Assembly: GCA_958448705.1 (NCBI GenBank)
Contig: CAUDEY010000002.1
Coordinates: forward strand, 74,768-138,767
Direction: 5' to 3'
DNA from: an uncultured Clostridia bacterium
Lineage (GTDB): Bacteria; Bacillota; Clostridia; Christensenellales; QALW01
DNA: 64,000 bases
In this document: in pieces, positions 1-10,132 of the stretch
Layout: every line of letters begins with the position of its first letter
How positions within the stretch are numbered: the stretch's first letter is position 1
Translations under genes and position numbers: made by a program
The notes under the pieces: model-generated
What the model was told of the DNA's origin: nothing
Databases searched by the model: none
Seen by the model: only the letters and a program-made list of their open reading frames with translations

Positions 1-45
1 TTAACATACACGTGTTTTTATACCGCATGCGCCGGCACACCGCAG

Positions 46-76
46 AAAAAAATAAGGCAGCCGTCCCGGCTGCCTT
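46..76 (-). terminator. Rho-independent terminator after the surface-protein gene
   Basis: Stem AAGGCAGCCG (54-63) pairs with CGGCTGCCTT (67-76). The A-run at 46-52 gives a U-tract on the minus strand, 10 nt past the stop at 86. Confidence 0.7.
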
Positions 77-85
77 AACGCTCTT

Positions 86-988
86 TTAATTCTGCTCTTT
101 TTTCCGAAGAGTCTTTATCGCAAAGACGCCCGTGCTGATCACCAGCAAGGCAACCGCAGGGATCATTGCCATATCGCCTGTTCCCTTATCATCGCTCATC
201 GGATTCTCTGCACCGCAGACCGTGCACTTGCCATCCTTATACGTATGCTCCGCCTTATCGGCAATCTCGCCGCAGGCGCATACATGCCAATGATGCGTTT
301 CATCTGATTTCCACTCAGTACCAAATGCATGAGTATGAATGGAAATTACACCGTTTTCATCAGTATCCAGTTTTACTTCGTCTGACTTGCTCGTAACCAC
401 AGGGGCTTCTGCCTCCGTATTGGTATTCTGTGCATAAATAAGCGTTTTGTCTCCCGCACTGCTCTTATCTTCAAACTTTAAAGTAGAATCTTCTTCAAAG
501 GTGATCGACGCATTGCCTGCTTTATTATCCACGTTTACCGCATACCAGGACTGATCTCCCGTAATGACCTCAAAAGCGCCGGTAACAGATACTTCAGATC
601 CGTTATTAACCATCGGTGCACCCGTAGAAGCATTCTGATGGTCCAGCGTCACATTGTTCAAAACAACACCCTTTGCGCCGTAAATATCCAGCGTATGCTT
701 ATTTGCTGCGGTCGCAACCAGTTTTACATCGTCTAAAACAACGTTATCTGCTTCAATCTTGAACAGATTGATCTGTCCCTCTATGTTCATCTTAAAGTCA
801 TCTGCTGCGGTAATGGTATGACCGTTGCCCTTAATGGTAACATTGTCTATACCATTAATATAAACTTCTTCGCTTACCTCAATATCGCTCATCAGCTCAA
901 TCGTAGTACCGGGTTTCAGATTTTTAACAATCTGCTGAATAAACTCCGCACTGTCGTCTACCTGAATCGTAAATCCTTCCAGCACCAC
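86..988 (-). CDS. Cell-surface parallel beta-helix protein, C-terminal fragment (His/Cys-rich module plus C-terminal TM anchor), continuing from 958..1716 after a frameshift
   Basis: ORF track gives 300 aa. It has beta-helix-like turns (NVTIKGNGHTIT, VVLNNVTLD), the HHWHVCACG...CTVCG motif, and a hydrophobic MAMIPAVALLVISTGVFAI segment followed by basic residues. The frame stays open upstream of the nominal GTG start. Confidence 0.6.
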   Translation of the reverse strand: MVLEGFTIQVDDSAEFIQQIVKNLKPGTTIELMSDIEVSEEVYINGIDNVTIKGNGHTITAADDFKMNIEGQINLFKIEADNVVLDDVKLVATAANKHTLDIYGAKGVVLNNVTLDHQNASTGAPMVNNGSEVSVTGAFEVITGDQSWYAVNVDNKAGNASITFEEDSTLKFEDKSSAGDKTLIYAQNTNTEAEAPVVTSKSDEVKLDTDENGVISIHTHAFGTEWKSDETHHWHVCACGEIADKAEHTYKDGKCTVCGAENPMSDDKGTGDMAMIPAVALLVISTGVFAIKTLRKKEQN

Positions 989-1716
989 ATTTTCTCCGCT
1001 GATGCCCGGATTCCAAGATAGCCGTTTTCGGGCGTTGAATATCCCGCATACGTATTATTGGAAAAATCCTGTGTTACATTTTTTGCCGTAACAGTTCCGT
1101 CCGTTACACGCCTTGCACTAATCCAGGAAGAAAGCGTCACGTTTTCCAACACTGTATTCCCGGCATTCTCTACATCAATATAGATCGAGCCGCTGGTCTG
1201 CGTCTGATCCTCCGCATAGGTAAGCGGCAGGCATTCCACATTTTTCAGCGTAAGATCCTTGCCTTCGCCGGCCAGCTCCACTACTTTATTGCAGAGATTA
1301 TCATAATATCCATTGGGGTTGCCCTGAAGCTTTACATCCTGAATCGTTACCCCTGTACCGCCAACGGTGATAAAGTTCTGGCCGAACCAGTTGCCGGTAT
1401 TCGGATTATAGCTGCTGGTAATGATTACATTGCCCGTACCCTTGATCGTAAGGTTATTTACTGCGATCGGAAATACAAAGCCCGTCTGACCATTGATGGT
1501 AATACCGTTTTCAATACAGCCGTCCCCGATATCATACGTTCCCTCAGCCAACACCCAAGTTTGGCCCTCTTTCTGATTGTTGATAGCTTCAACAAGCTGT
1601 TCGGGCGTAGAAATATTTACGGTTTCACCTGCCGCCGCAACAACGACACCCGCCAGGCAAACAGCTGCTAAAGCTACTGCACAAACCAATGACACGAATT
1701 TCATTCTCTTTTGCAT
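958..1716 (-). CDS. Cell-surface parallel beta-helix protein, N-terminal fragment with signal peptide
   Basis: AGGAGG lies 6 nt upstream of the ATG at 1716. The N-terminus MQKRMKFVSLVCAVALAAVCLAGVVVAAAG looks like a signal peptide. NLTIKGTGNVIITSS-type turns are present. The last ~20 codons look out of frame. Confidence 0.6.
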   Translation of the reverse strand: MQKRMKFVSLVCAVALAAVCLAGVVVAAAGETVNISTPEQLVEAINNQKEGQTWVLAEGTYDIGDGCIENGITINGQTGFVFPIAVNNLTIKGTGNVIITSSYNPNTGNWFGQNFITVGGTGVTIQDVKLQGNPNGYYDNLCNKVVELAGEGKDLTLKNVECLPLTYAEDQTQTSGSIYIDVENAGNTVLENVTLSSWISARRVTDGTVTAKNVTQDFSNNTYAGYSTPENGYLGIRASAEKMWCWKDLRFR

Positions 1717-1903
1717 AAGAAACCTCCTGCATACCAAAATATTTTGATTTTTTTGATAAGAACTTGGAAATACTAAGATTCTGAAAAAACGCCAGTGCCT
1801 GTTTCAGCGATCTTAAAGCATTCACAAGTTATCTTTATTATAACGGCTCCGGCAAGATATGTCAATCCCTTATTTTCCCAAGCAATCATAGTATAGTCAA
1901 TTT

Positions 1904-1937
1904 ATAACTATTTGTCAATAGTTATTTTATAACTATT
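1904..1937. promoter_or_regulatory. Operator-like palindrome plus third half-site upstream of the XRE regulator gene
   Basis: ATAACTATT (1904-1912), a 4-nt spacer, then AATAGTTAT (1917-1925) form a perfect inverted repeat. A third ATAACTATT sits at 1929-1937, 28 nt before the ATG at 1965. Confidence 0.5.
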
Positions 1938-1964
1938 ATAAAATATATAAAAAAGGAAAATTTT

Positions 1965-2219
1965 ATGCTGAACAGATTGCGCGACTTACGTGAAGATAAT
2001 GATCTAACCCAAACAGAATTTGCTAAAATATTACATATAAGCCAAACAAATTACAGCAAATATGAACTGGGAAAAATCAATATTCCCAATACAACGCTGA
2101 TCCAGATCGCAAAATACTATAATGTATCCTTAGATTATATCCTGGGTCTAATCCCGCGGCCAAGACCTCTTTATGAAAACAGCACGCACAGGAGAATGAA
2201 AGATAACCTGCTGAAATAA
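1965..2219 (+). CDS. XRE-family helix-turn-helix transcriptional regulator
   Basis: 84 aa with a typical HTH_3 pattern: LTQTEFAKILHISQTNYSKYELGKINIPNTTLIQIAKYYNVSLDYILG. Confidence 0.85.
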   Translation: MLNRLRDLREDNDLTQTEFAKILHISQTNYSKYELGKINIPNTTLIQIAKYYNVSLDYILGLIPRPRPLYENSTHRRMKDNLLK

Positions 2220-2425
2220 TTTTTTCAGAACATAATTTTTAAAACATAATTTATAATTTCTTTAAAAATTTTCCGTACCTCATTTTCTGGCCAAGCCTGC
2301 AGCCCTGTTTTCCGCCGCAGAGCATCTCCGTTTCTTTTTATGCAGAATCCGAAAACAACCTCCGGCTTTTTCCTTTTCTATGGCTCCGGCTGCTAAAATG
2401 GTCCTGGCTTCCCTCCTATGCAGAA

Positions 2426-3811
2426 TTATGCTGCCGCCTGCCGAAGCTTTTCTTCCTTCATTTCTTTTAAAATGCTCACCTGCAGAGGGATGGCAATAAG
2501 AAACGTCAGAATATCCGCGATCGGCTGTGCAATCTGCAGCCCTAAAGGTCCTATAACGCGGGGCAGGATTAATACCAACGGAATAAACATCAACCCCTGC
2601 CGGGAAAGTGCTAAAATAGAAGCCCGCACTGCTTTTCCCATTGTCTGCTGCATCATATTGCATATCACAATCCATCCGCTGAGGGCAAACGTAAAGCACT
2701 GGTAACGGAGGGAAACCGCACCGAAAGAGACAACCTCCGGTTCTTTTTGAAAGAAAGCGATCAATTGCGGTGCAAAGATGATTCCTGCCACTGAAAACAG
2801 CAACAGTACAGCCGAAGACGTTTTTACACAAAACCAGAAAGCCTTTTTTACCCGTCCGTATAATCCTGCGCCGTAATTATAACCGCATACCGGCTGAAAC
2901 CCCTGCCCAAAGCCGATCAGCGCGGAAGAAGCAAAATAGACGACCTTGGTAACCACCGTCATTGCCGTGATCGGCGCATCCCCGGTCCCCATAACAACAC
3001 CAACATAGCCTGCACCCGCATTTAAGCACATAGTAGAAACGCTTCCGATCCCCTGCCGGCAAAGGGAAGGGATTCCGCCCCGGAAGATTTCTTTCAGCCA
3101 CCGGAAGGAAAAGGAAAATTTTTTTATTTTGATTTTGATTGCATCGCTTTTATTTACCATAATCAGCAGAACAAAAAAGCTGACCATCTGACTGATCATC
3201 GTGGCGATCGCCGCCCCCGCGACGCCCAGCCTAAATGTAAAAATAAAAAGCGGATCCAACAGCATATTTAAGATGCCACCGGAGGTAATCCCAATCATAC
3301 CGTAAAACGCGCTTCCCTGAAAACGAAGCTGATTGTTCAGCACCAAAGCCCCGCACATAAACGGCGAAGCGATTAAAATATAGGTAAGATATTCCATCGC
3401 ATAGGGATAAATTGTTTCCGTGGCCTGCAAAGCCCATACGATCCTGTCCTGAAAAAGGAAGCCTGCGGCCATAATCAAAAAACCGCAGACAAACGACCAT
3501 ATAAAACCGGTAGCTGCCATAGTTTCCGCATTTTCAGCATGATTTTTGCCTAACTGGCGTGATATGTAATTGCCGGAGCCATGCCCAAAGAAAAACCCCA
3601 CGGCCTGAATAACGGCCATAAAAGAAAACACTACGCCCACCGCGCCGGTAGCACTGATATCGTGAAGCTGACCTACAAAATAGGTGTCAGCCATATTATA
3701 AACAGAAGATATCAGCATACTGATAATCGTAGGCACCGCCATAGAACAAACCAGCCTGCCTACCGGCTGGGTCGTCATTCTTTTTTGTTTTGCTTCCTGA
3801 ACCTGATCCAT
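2426..3811 (-). CDS. MATE-family efflux transporter
   Basis: 461 aa with about 12 hydrophobic segments. The N-terminus PVGRLVCSMAVPTIISMLISSVYNMADTYFVGQL is typical of MatE proteins. Confidence 0.85.
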   Translation of the reverse strand: MDQVQEAKQKRMTTQPVGRLVCSMAVPTIISMLISSVYNMADTYFVGQLHDISATGAVGVVFSFMAVIQAVGFFFGHGSGNYISRQLGKNHAENAETMAATGFIWSFVCGFLIMAAGFLFQDRIVWALQATETIYPYAMEYLTYILIASPFMCGALVLNNQLRFQGSAFYGMIGITSGGILNMLLDPLFIFTFRLGVAGAAIATMISQMVSFFVLLIMVNKSDAIKIKIKKFSFSFRWLKEIFRGGIPSLCRQGIGSVSTMCLNAGAGYVGVVMGTGDAPITAMTVVTKVVYFASSALIGFGQGFQPVCGYNYGAGLYGRVKKAFWFCVKTSSAVLLLFSVAGIIFAPQLIAFFQKEPEVVSFGAVSLRYQCFTFALSGWIVICNMMQQTMGKAVRASILALSRQGLMFIPLVLILPRVIGPLGLQIAQPIADILTFLIAIPLQVSILKEMKEEKLRQAAA

Positions 3812-3876
3812 ATGTATGACCTTTAATCCTATTTCCGTCTCCGGCTTCCTGATATCCGTGGTATGAAGAATACCGC

Positions 3877-4896
3877 TTATACCACTGTATGCAGGCAGTC
3901 GCTTTCATGTTCATTTTTTAACTTTCTGTCCATTAGTACATTCACCGCGAGCCGCGGCTCCAGACCATGATTGACGATATCATTTACACCGCAGGCAATC
4001 GGAAGTTCCACCGCATACGTTTGGCTAAGCCGCATCGCCGCCGGAAGCATATGGATTCCCTCCACAACCATTCCCACCTTTTCAACCGCCTGCCGGGCGG
4101 AATATCCCTGCCCCAGCAATACACCCGCCTGATGGTTGCGGCTGTGTTCGCTGGTACAGGTAACCACCAAATCCCCGATTCCCGCAAGACCGCTGAACGT
4201 CCTGTTTTGACAGCCCATTGCCTGCCCCAGGCGTGAAATTTCCGCAATTCCGCGCGTGATAATAGCCGCCTTGGTATTATCGCCATATCCAAGTCCTTTC
4301 GAAATTCCCGCTGCCAGCGCGATGATATTTTTCAGCGCTCCGGAAATCTCCACCCCCTTTTTATCCGTATTGGTATACACCCGCATAAAAGGGCCGGTAA
4401 AAACCTCCTGCACAAATTCGGCAATCTTTATATCTTCACAGGCCGATACGATCGTCGTGGGCAAATCCATAGCTACCTCTTCGGCATGCGTAGGCCCTGA
4501 AAGCGCCACAAGCGGAATCTCCTTATTGATTTCATCCCCGATCACTTCAGTAAGCGTCATCAGCGTTTCTGCTTCCATTCCTTTGGCGACATCAACAATA
4601 ACCTGGCCCGGCTGAATATATTCCGCCGCTTTTGCCGCCGTAGCCCGCACATAGAGTGAGGGCACTGCGAAAACGATGATATCTTTTTCTCGGCAGGCCC
4701 GGGCAATCTCGGAGGTAAAGCACACCCCGGGAGGAATCTCCATTCCAGGCAGCTTTGGGTGCCGCCGTGTACGGGAAAGTCTCCGAATTTCCTCTTCAAG
4801 CGCTGACCATACCGTTACCTGCCGGCCGCACAGATCCAGCATTCTGGCAAGCGCAATTCCCCAGGTTCCGGCACCTAAAATTCCAACAGACAGCAA
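3877..4896 (-). CDS. gpsA: NAD(P)H-dependent glycerol-3-phosphate dehydrogenase
   Basis: 339 aa with the GAGTWGIALA Rossmann motif and GpsA-like sequence throughout (GLGYGDNTKAAIITRG). Confidence 0.9.
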   Translation of the reverse strand: MLSVGILGAGTWGIALARMLDLCGRQVTVWSALEEEIRRLSRTRRHPKLPGMEIPPGVCFTSEIARACREKDIIVFAVPSLYVRATAAKAAEYIQPGQVIVDVAKGMEAETLMTLTEVIGDEINKEIPLVALSGPTHAEEVAMDLPTTIVSACEDIKIAEFVQEVFTGPFMRVYTNTDKKGVEISGALKNIIALAAGISKGLGYGDNTKAAIITRGIAEISRLGQAMGCQNRTFSGLAGIGDLVVTCTSEHSRNHQAGVLLGQGYSARQAVEKVGMVVEGIHMLPAAMRLSQTYAVELPIACGVNDIVNHGLEPRLAVNVLMDRKLKNEHESDCLHTVV

Positions 4897-4959
4897 AAGG
4901 CATTCTCTCCTTTTCTTTTATAAATGGAAAGGGCCGCCCGAAGCGCGTGCCCTTTTTTA

Positions 4960-6651
4960 TCATTTTATGACCGCATGCAGAGCTTCCTTTAAGGCATCGA
5001 TCCTCTCCAAAGCCTTTTGTGCCGAATCCGCTTTGGCAAAAATATAGACTTTCAGCTTTGGTTCCGTACCTGATGGCCGCACGACGAAAGAACAGCCGTC
5101 GGCAAGCTTATACCCTAAAACATTGGATTTAGGAAGCAGAATAGGTCTTTGTCCGTTGTTATCCGTTGTTACCGAAGCACGGTAGTCACTGACCTCAACA
5201 ATCCGGGCACCGGCAATCTCCGGCGGCATATCACTGCGCAGGCGCTCCATAATCGCGGCCATCTTTTCCATCCCCGAGGCACCCTCAAAGGAAAAGCTTA
5301 CCGTACGGTTTTTATAATAGCCAAATTTTTCGGAGAGTTCCTCCAAAACATCGATCAGTGTTTTCTCCCGCTTTTTATAATATGCCGCCATATCACAGAT
5401 CAGCATAGACGTGCTCACGGCGTCTTTATCCCGCACATGGCCGCTGGCAAGATAGCCATAGCTCTCCTCAAAGCCCAAAAGATAATCTTCCAGCCTGCCC
5501 TGCGCCTCCAGGGAGGAAATAATTTCTCCGATAAATTTAAAGCCGGTCAGCACGCTCTCCAATTTTACATGATGGTATGCCGCTACCTCATCCACCATAG
5601 CCGTGGTAACAATCGTCTTTACAGCTACCGGATTCCGGGGCATCGTGTGATTTGCTTCTTTTACACGGCAGATATAATCCAGCAGCAGAACCCCCATTTC
5701 ATTACCGGTGACCAAAATATACTCACCCTTATGGTTTACCGCTATGCCGACCCGATCCGCATCCGGATCCGTTGCCAGCACAATATCCGGCCGCGTTCTT
5801 TTTCCCAACTCAATGCCCATCGCAAGCGCTTCTCTGTTTTCAGGATTCGGATACGGGCAGGTAGTAAAGTTCTCGTCAGGCATCTCCTGCTCCGGCACTA
5901 CGCTGACCTGTGTAAGCCCTATTTTTTGCATCATTTTTGCAACAGGCATTCTGCCGGTACCGTTTAAAGGCGTATAAACTACCTTCAGCGCCTTTACTGC
6001 TTCTGGATCCTCCGTAACGCGCAGCGAAGTAATCGTATCAATATAATCATCGATCACGCTTTGAGGAATCACCGTAATATGCGCATCCTTCTCCTGCGCC
6101 AGGCATGCGTCAAAAACACCGATCCGGTTGATATAGTTTAAAATAGCGTCCGCCATTTCCGGACCGGCCTGACAGCCATCGGGGCCGTACACTTTATATC
6201 CGTTATACTGCGCCGGATTATGGCTGGCAGTGATCACAATACCGCCGTCGCAGTGATAATACCGCACCGCATAGGAAAGCATCGGCGTGGGCATTAATTC
6301 AGAATAGATATACACCCGAATTCCATTGGCAGCCATAATCCTTGCGCTGACCCAGGCAAACAATCTGGAATTTTTTCTGCAATCATAAGCAATAGCTACG
6401 GAAGGTGCTTTAAAATTTTCCTTTAAATAACGGGCAAATCCCATCGTGGCCTTTCCAACCGTATAGATATTCATCCGGTTCGTCCCAGCCCCTAATATAC
6501 CGCGCAGACCCGCGGTTCCAAATTCAAGATCGCGATAAAAGCTCTCGAATATTTCAGTATCCTTTCCGCGCATTGCCTCCAGCTGTGCGCGCACCTCGGC
6601 GTCAAGATCCTCTCTGCTGAGCCACTCCTCATATTTTTCCTTCTCTGTCAT
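4960..6651 (-). CDS. Phosphoglucomutase/phosphomannomutase-family phospho-sugar mutase
   Basis: 563 aa with the active-site motif TASHNPAQYNGYK, the metal site DPDADR, and GFEESYGY. Confidence 0.9.
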   Translation of the reverse strand: MTEKEKYEEWLSREDLDAEVRAQLEAMRGKDTEIFESFYRDLEFGTAGLRGILGAGTNRMNIYTVGKATMGFARYLKENFKAPSVAIAYDCRKNSRLFAWVSARIMAANGIRVYIYSELMPTPMLSYAVRYYHCDGGIVITASHNPAQYNGYKVYGPDGCQAGPEMADAILNYINRIGVFDACLAQEKDAHITVIPQSVIDDYIDTITSLRVTEDPEAVKALKVVYTPLNGTGRMPVAKMMQKIGLTQVSVVPEQEMPDENFTTCPYPNPENREALAMGIELGKRTRPDIVLATDPDADRVGIAVNHKGEYILVTGNEMGVLLLDYICRVKEANHTMPRNPVAVKTIVTTAMVDEVAAYHHVKLESVLTGFKFIGEIISSLEAQGRLEDYLLGFEESYGYLASGHVRDKDAVSTSMLICDMAAYYKKREKTLIDVLEELSEKFGYYKNRTVSFSFEGASGMEKMAAIMERLRSDMPPEIAGARIVEVSDYRASVTTDNNGQRPILLPKSNVLGYKLADGCSFVVRPSGTEPKLKVYIFAKADSAQKALERIDALKEALHAVIK

Positions 6652-7387
6652 TCTGCTTCCTCCGTTTACTGATATAGGTAAATAAATAAATCACGAGCCC
6701 GCCGGCGCATACAATAGCGGAACAAACCACGAAAATCACAAAGGTATCTACCGTCTTTAGGCTCGGCTGCACAGCAGAAATACCGAATTCCTCCTGCATG
6801 ATCTCCTCAGAGCCTTCGTCCTTGATCACAAGCCTGGCGTTTAAAACAGCGTCCGCATCAAATGCACAGGGAGCCAGTGCCTGCGGCGACAGTTCGCTGA
6901 AGCCGGAATCCCGGGCGATGGAATAGCCGTCAAGTCCTGTGATAATAAAGGAGTCCCCCTCCTGTGCTTTAGACATCTGGATACGGACCACCGAATTGCC
7001 TCCTAAATGAGAATCGGGTACATACCCCAGCGCATCATTGGCCTTTTCCGGATACTGCGAAAGCTCCGTCAGCTGAAACTTCCCCGTAGTCTGGGGCGGC
7101 AGTACAACAAAACCGGACTCCACCGTCGTCTGTACCCGATCCCCGCTGTATCCTACCGTGAGCTGAAAACTTCTTTCCTCGCTGCAGGTATTGGTAATAT
7201 ACAGCGTAATGGAATCTCCGGCGGCATCATAATGACCGCTGCAGCCGGAGAGATAGAGCTGATACGAGGTTTCACTCATATCCTCGGCCAGCACCGTACA
7301 GGAATAGGCGCCTGTACCCAAAGCAAAAATTCGGGGTGCGGATAAAAGCACCGATAAAACCGCCAGAAGAACGCATAATTTTTTCAT
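6629..7387 (-). CDS. Hypothetical secreted or membrane-anchored protein (signal peptide plus C-terminal TM helix)
   Basis: 252 aa with N-terminal MKKLCVLLAVLSVLLSAP and a C-terminal hydrophobic FVIFVVCSAIVCAGGLVIYLF followed by basic residues. No family was recognised. Confidence 0.55.
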   Translation of the reverse strand: MKKLCVLLAVLSVLLSAPRIFALGTGAYSCTVLAEDMSETSYQLYLSGCSGHYDAAGDSITLYITNTCSEERSFQLTVGYSGDRVQTTVESGFVVLPPQTTGKFQLTELSQYPEKANDALGYVPDSHLGGNSVVRIQMSKAQEGDSFIITGLDGYSIARDSGFSELSPQALAPCAFDADAVLNARLVIKDEGSEEIMQEEFGISAVQPSLKTVDTFVIFVVCSAIVCAGGLVIYLFTYISKRRKQNDREGKI

Positions 7388-7632
7388 CTCATTCCCCGCC
7401 TGCTTCCATAGACTTGGTTTTTCTTAAAGAACATTATACTATTTTTCCGGAATTTTTACAATAGGAAAATATCCTTTTGCACACAGCCGTCTACGGCTTT
7501 CTTTATTTTGTAAGATCCGCACGACTCAATTGTATCAATCTGTATACATGATTAATATAAGAAAGAAAACGGTGAAAAATTTTCTTTTTCCCCGTCTTCT
7601 TCCTGCTGCATGAATTTTTTCTATTACTGCTT

Positions 7633-8571
7633 TTAAGAAGAATATACCTCGTTAAACGCCCGGGCAACCATTTCTGCGCTGGCATTGACCTGTTCTAATG
7701 TATTTTTTTCATTGCCCATTTCGATCAGAAGACACGAATTGGATATATGCTGATTAAACCGTGCATTTTTAAAGATAATATCCTTAGCGATGCCGGGGCA
7801 AAGCTCATTGAGCGTATTCGTCAGCTGAAGCGCCAGTTTGTAATTTTCCTGCCAGTTGGGCTTTTGCGTATAATTCTCTCCATTAGCCACTACAAAACAT
7901 ACATACGCATATTCCGTATCACCGCTTTTTAAAAAATTCGGATCCCGCCCCATATACGCATCCCGATGCATATCTATGTATATATCCACACTGCCGATAT
8001 ATTTTTTGATCGTATTATAACTGGTTTGATACGCATCTTTAAAGCTGGCCGAAACATTGTCCGTCTGATCATGGATAACAGAGAACCCATATTGTTCCAA
8101 AGCGGATTTAAAGGTCTTTCCAACGCGTACTACACTGTAATCTGGATTCAGCGTTCTGCCGGCACTGGTTTCAACATAATCCTGGTCGCCCTTCCAAAAC
8201 GCTTCGTCGGTATGCGTATGATACAGCAGCACCGACGGTTTTTTTACTTCGGGAGCCTGCGTCACCTGCGGCGGCGGCGTCTGGTTCTCCTGCTGGGTGA
8301 CTTCTTCCTTGATCCGCTGTATCTCTACCAGCATCTCATCCGAGATCTCCCCGTGGGACAGATCAATCACAATCTCCCTGCTTACCTCCTCCTCTCGGCT
8401 CAGCCCCATAAATAACGCCATGATACCGTCAACAAGCTTCTGCGAGAAGTTCTCGCTGACTGCCGTATCCGATGCCTCATGGCTGAGCGTCACTGCAGGC
8501 TGCCCTCTCTGCGCAAACAATACAGAAAGAATCAGCACCGCTGAAATAATGCAGCATGTCCATTTTTTCAT
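7633..8571 (-). CDS. spoIIP: Stage II sporulation protein P
   Basis: 312 aa with an N-terminal TM segment, LLYHTHTDEAF and IDMHRD motifs, and a position directly downstream of gpr as in Bacillus. Confidence 0.8.
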   Translation of the reverse strand: MKKWTCCIISAVLILSVLFAQRGQPAVTLSHEASDTAVSENFSQKLVDGIMALFMGLSREEEVSREIVIDLSHGEISDEMLVEIQRIKEEVTQQENQTPPPQVTQAPEVKKPSVLLYHTHTDEAFWKGDQDYVETSAGRTLNPDYSVVRVGKTFKSALEQYGFSVIHDQTDNVSASFKDAYQTSYNTIKKYIGSVDIYIDMHRDAYMGRDPNFLKSGDTEYAYVCFVVANGENYTQKPNWQENYKLALQLTNTLNELCPGIAKDIIFKNARFNQHISNSCLLIEMGNEKNTLEQVNASAEMVARAFNEVYSS

Positions 8572-8626
8572 GTGTATCCCCCTTTTGCAATCAACCTATA
8601 CCATAGTATATTTACAAAAGTTCTTT

Positions 8627-9544
8627 TTAGAACATATATTCAGCAATTTCATCTAAAGTAATATCTCTGTGCAGCGCCAGATTGATGCCGTCAGCCAGAA
8701 TCTTAGCACTGTCTTGTGCGATAATATCGATTTCCTTAGGTGTTACCACCATATCCTGCATTTTCTGTACCGCAGCCTTTTCCGCAGCCTCCCGCACAGT
8801 TTCATTATCCTGCCCGGTAGCAGATATTAAAAGATCTTCCACAGCATCATATACCAGCGTAGCAGCATACACCACCGTAGGGATTCCAATTGCAATCACC
8901 GGAACTCCCAATGCGGCCTGGTTTAAAGCACTGCGCTTATTTCCTACTCCCGCACCGGGCTCAATACCGGTATCCGTCAGCTGAAAAGTTGAAAAAATCC
9001 GCTCACTGCGCCGTGCTGCCAGCGCGTCGATCACAAGAATCGCCTTAACGTCTGCTTTTTTACATACGCTGGAAATCATATCGGCGCTCTCGATGCCCGT
9101 AACCCCTAAAACCCCGGGGGCAAAGGCACATACGGGACGCATACGTTCATCGATCTGCGCAGGCAGATACTCAAAAATATGCCGGGTAACAAAAGTTTTT
9201 TCCACCGTTTTGGGACCAACCGAATCAGGCGTCATCGCATCATTGCCCAGTCCTGCAACTAAAACCGTGTCCTTCTGATCAATCCCTGAAAGCATTTTTT
9301 TCAATTCCTCCGCCAATACCAAACTGATGGAGTGGTATTGCTCAATATTCCTATCAAGGATGGCCCGGCTCTCTATAGAAATATACTTTCCTATGGGCTT
9401 TCCCGTCTTTTCTGCTGCAGCCGCAGTAAGAATGCTTACCCGATTTCCTTCGATTCCGTAATGCTCAAACGTTTCGTTTTGAATACCGCCTTCCTCTTCA
9501 AATCCCTCACAGGCCTCTTTTGCCAAATCCGTTCTATAGCGCAT
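8627..9544 (-). CDS. gpr: Germination protease (GPR endopeptidase)
   Basis: 305 aa with the N-terminal MRYRTDLAKEA signature and rpsT-gpr-spoIIP synteny. Confidence 0.85.
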   Translation of the reverse strand: MRYRTDLAKEACEGFEEEGGIQNETFEHYGIEGNRVSILTAAAAEKTGKPIGKYISIESRAILDRNIEQYHSISLVLAEELKKMLSGIDQKDTVLVAGLGNDAMTPDSVGPKTVEKTFVTRHIFEYLPAQIDERMRPVCAFAPGVLGVTGIESADMISSVCKKADVKAILVIDALAARRSERIFSTFQLTDTGIEPGAGVGNKRSALNQAALGVPVIAIGIPTVVYAATLVYDAVEDLLISATGQDNETVREAAEKAAVQKMQDMVVTPKEIDIIAQDSAKILADGINLALHRDITLDEIAEYMF

Positions 9545-9715
9545 AAAACTCTCCTAAACCATATATTTTTTCGGTTTTAAGTATGAACGTTCCCTACTGC
9601 TTTTATACAAAATAACAAAATGTTTTATAATGCGTAAAAAATTCCTTGCCAAAAATCACGGTTCATGCTAAAATGATAACGTTAATGAATGATTGCTATA
9701 AGGGGGGTGAATGAT

Positions 9716-9979
9716 GTGGCAAATATTAAATCAGCAAAAAAGAGAATTAAAGTCACGGCAAAAAAGCAGTTGCGCAACCGCAGTATTAAATCCGCGATGA
9801 AAACAAACCTGAAAAAGTTTTATGCCCTTGTAGAGTCCGGTGATAAAACTGCCGCACAGGCAATGCTGCCTTCCATGTCAGCCGTTATCGATAAAGCGGC
9901 GGCCAAAGGCGTTCTTCACAAAAACGCTGCCGCGCATAAAAAATCACAGTTGGCAGTGGCCGTTAACAAAATGGCTTAA
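9716..9979 (+). CDS. rpsT: 30S ribosomal protein S20
   Basis: (M)ANIKSAKKRIKVTAKKQLRNRS. A GTG at 9716 is preceded by AAGGGGGG. The ORF-track start at 9689 is probably too far upstream. Confidence 0.9.
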   Translation: MANIKSAKKRIKVTAKKQLRNRSIKSAMKTNLKKFYALVESGDKTAAQAMLPSMSAVIDKAAAKGVLHKNAAAHKKSQLAVAVNKMA

Positions 9980-10132
9980 TTTCACTTGAAGAATGATGGC
10001 GGCTGCAGGTACGGTCGCCTTTTTCTTTCCTTGTTTTTGCAAAATTTGTAATTTCACATGTTTGTTAGCAGTTATTGTAAAATTATATACAATGGCTGCT
10101 GAAAATAAATCTCGGTCGGAGGTATGTATATC

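Noticed and set aside
2280-2831. A 183-aa minus-strand ORF and other ORFs overlapping the MATE transporter gene.
   Set aside because: It is out of frame with the clearly real 461-aa MATE gene. It is Cys/Arg/Gly-rich with no recognisable motif.
7485-7510. A plus-strand hairpin AGCCG-tcta-CGGCT followed by a T-rich run, between spoIIP and the next minus-strand gene.
   Set aside because: The stem is only 5 bp. No plus-strand gene ends there, and on the minus strand it lacks a U-tract. This is too weak to call a terminator or sRNA.
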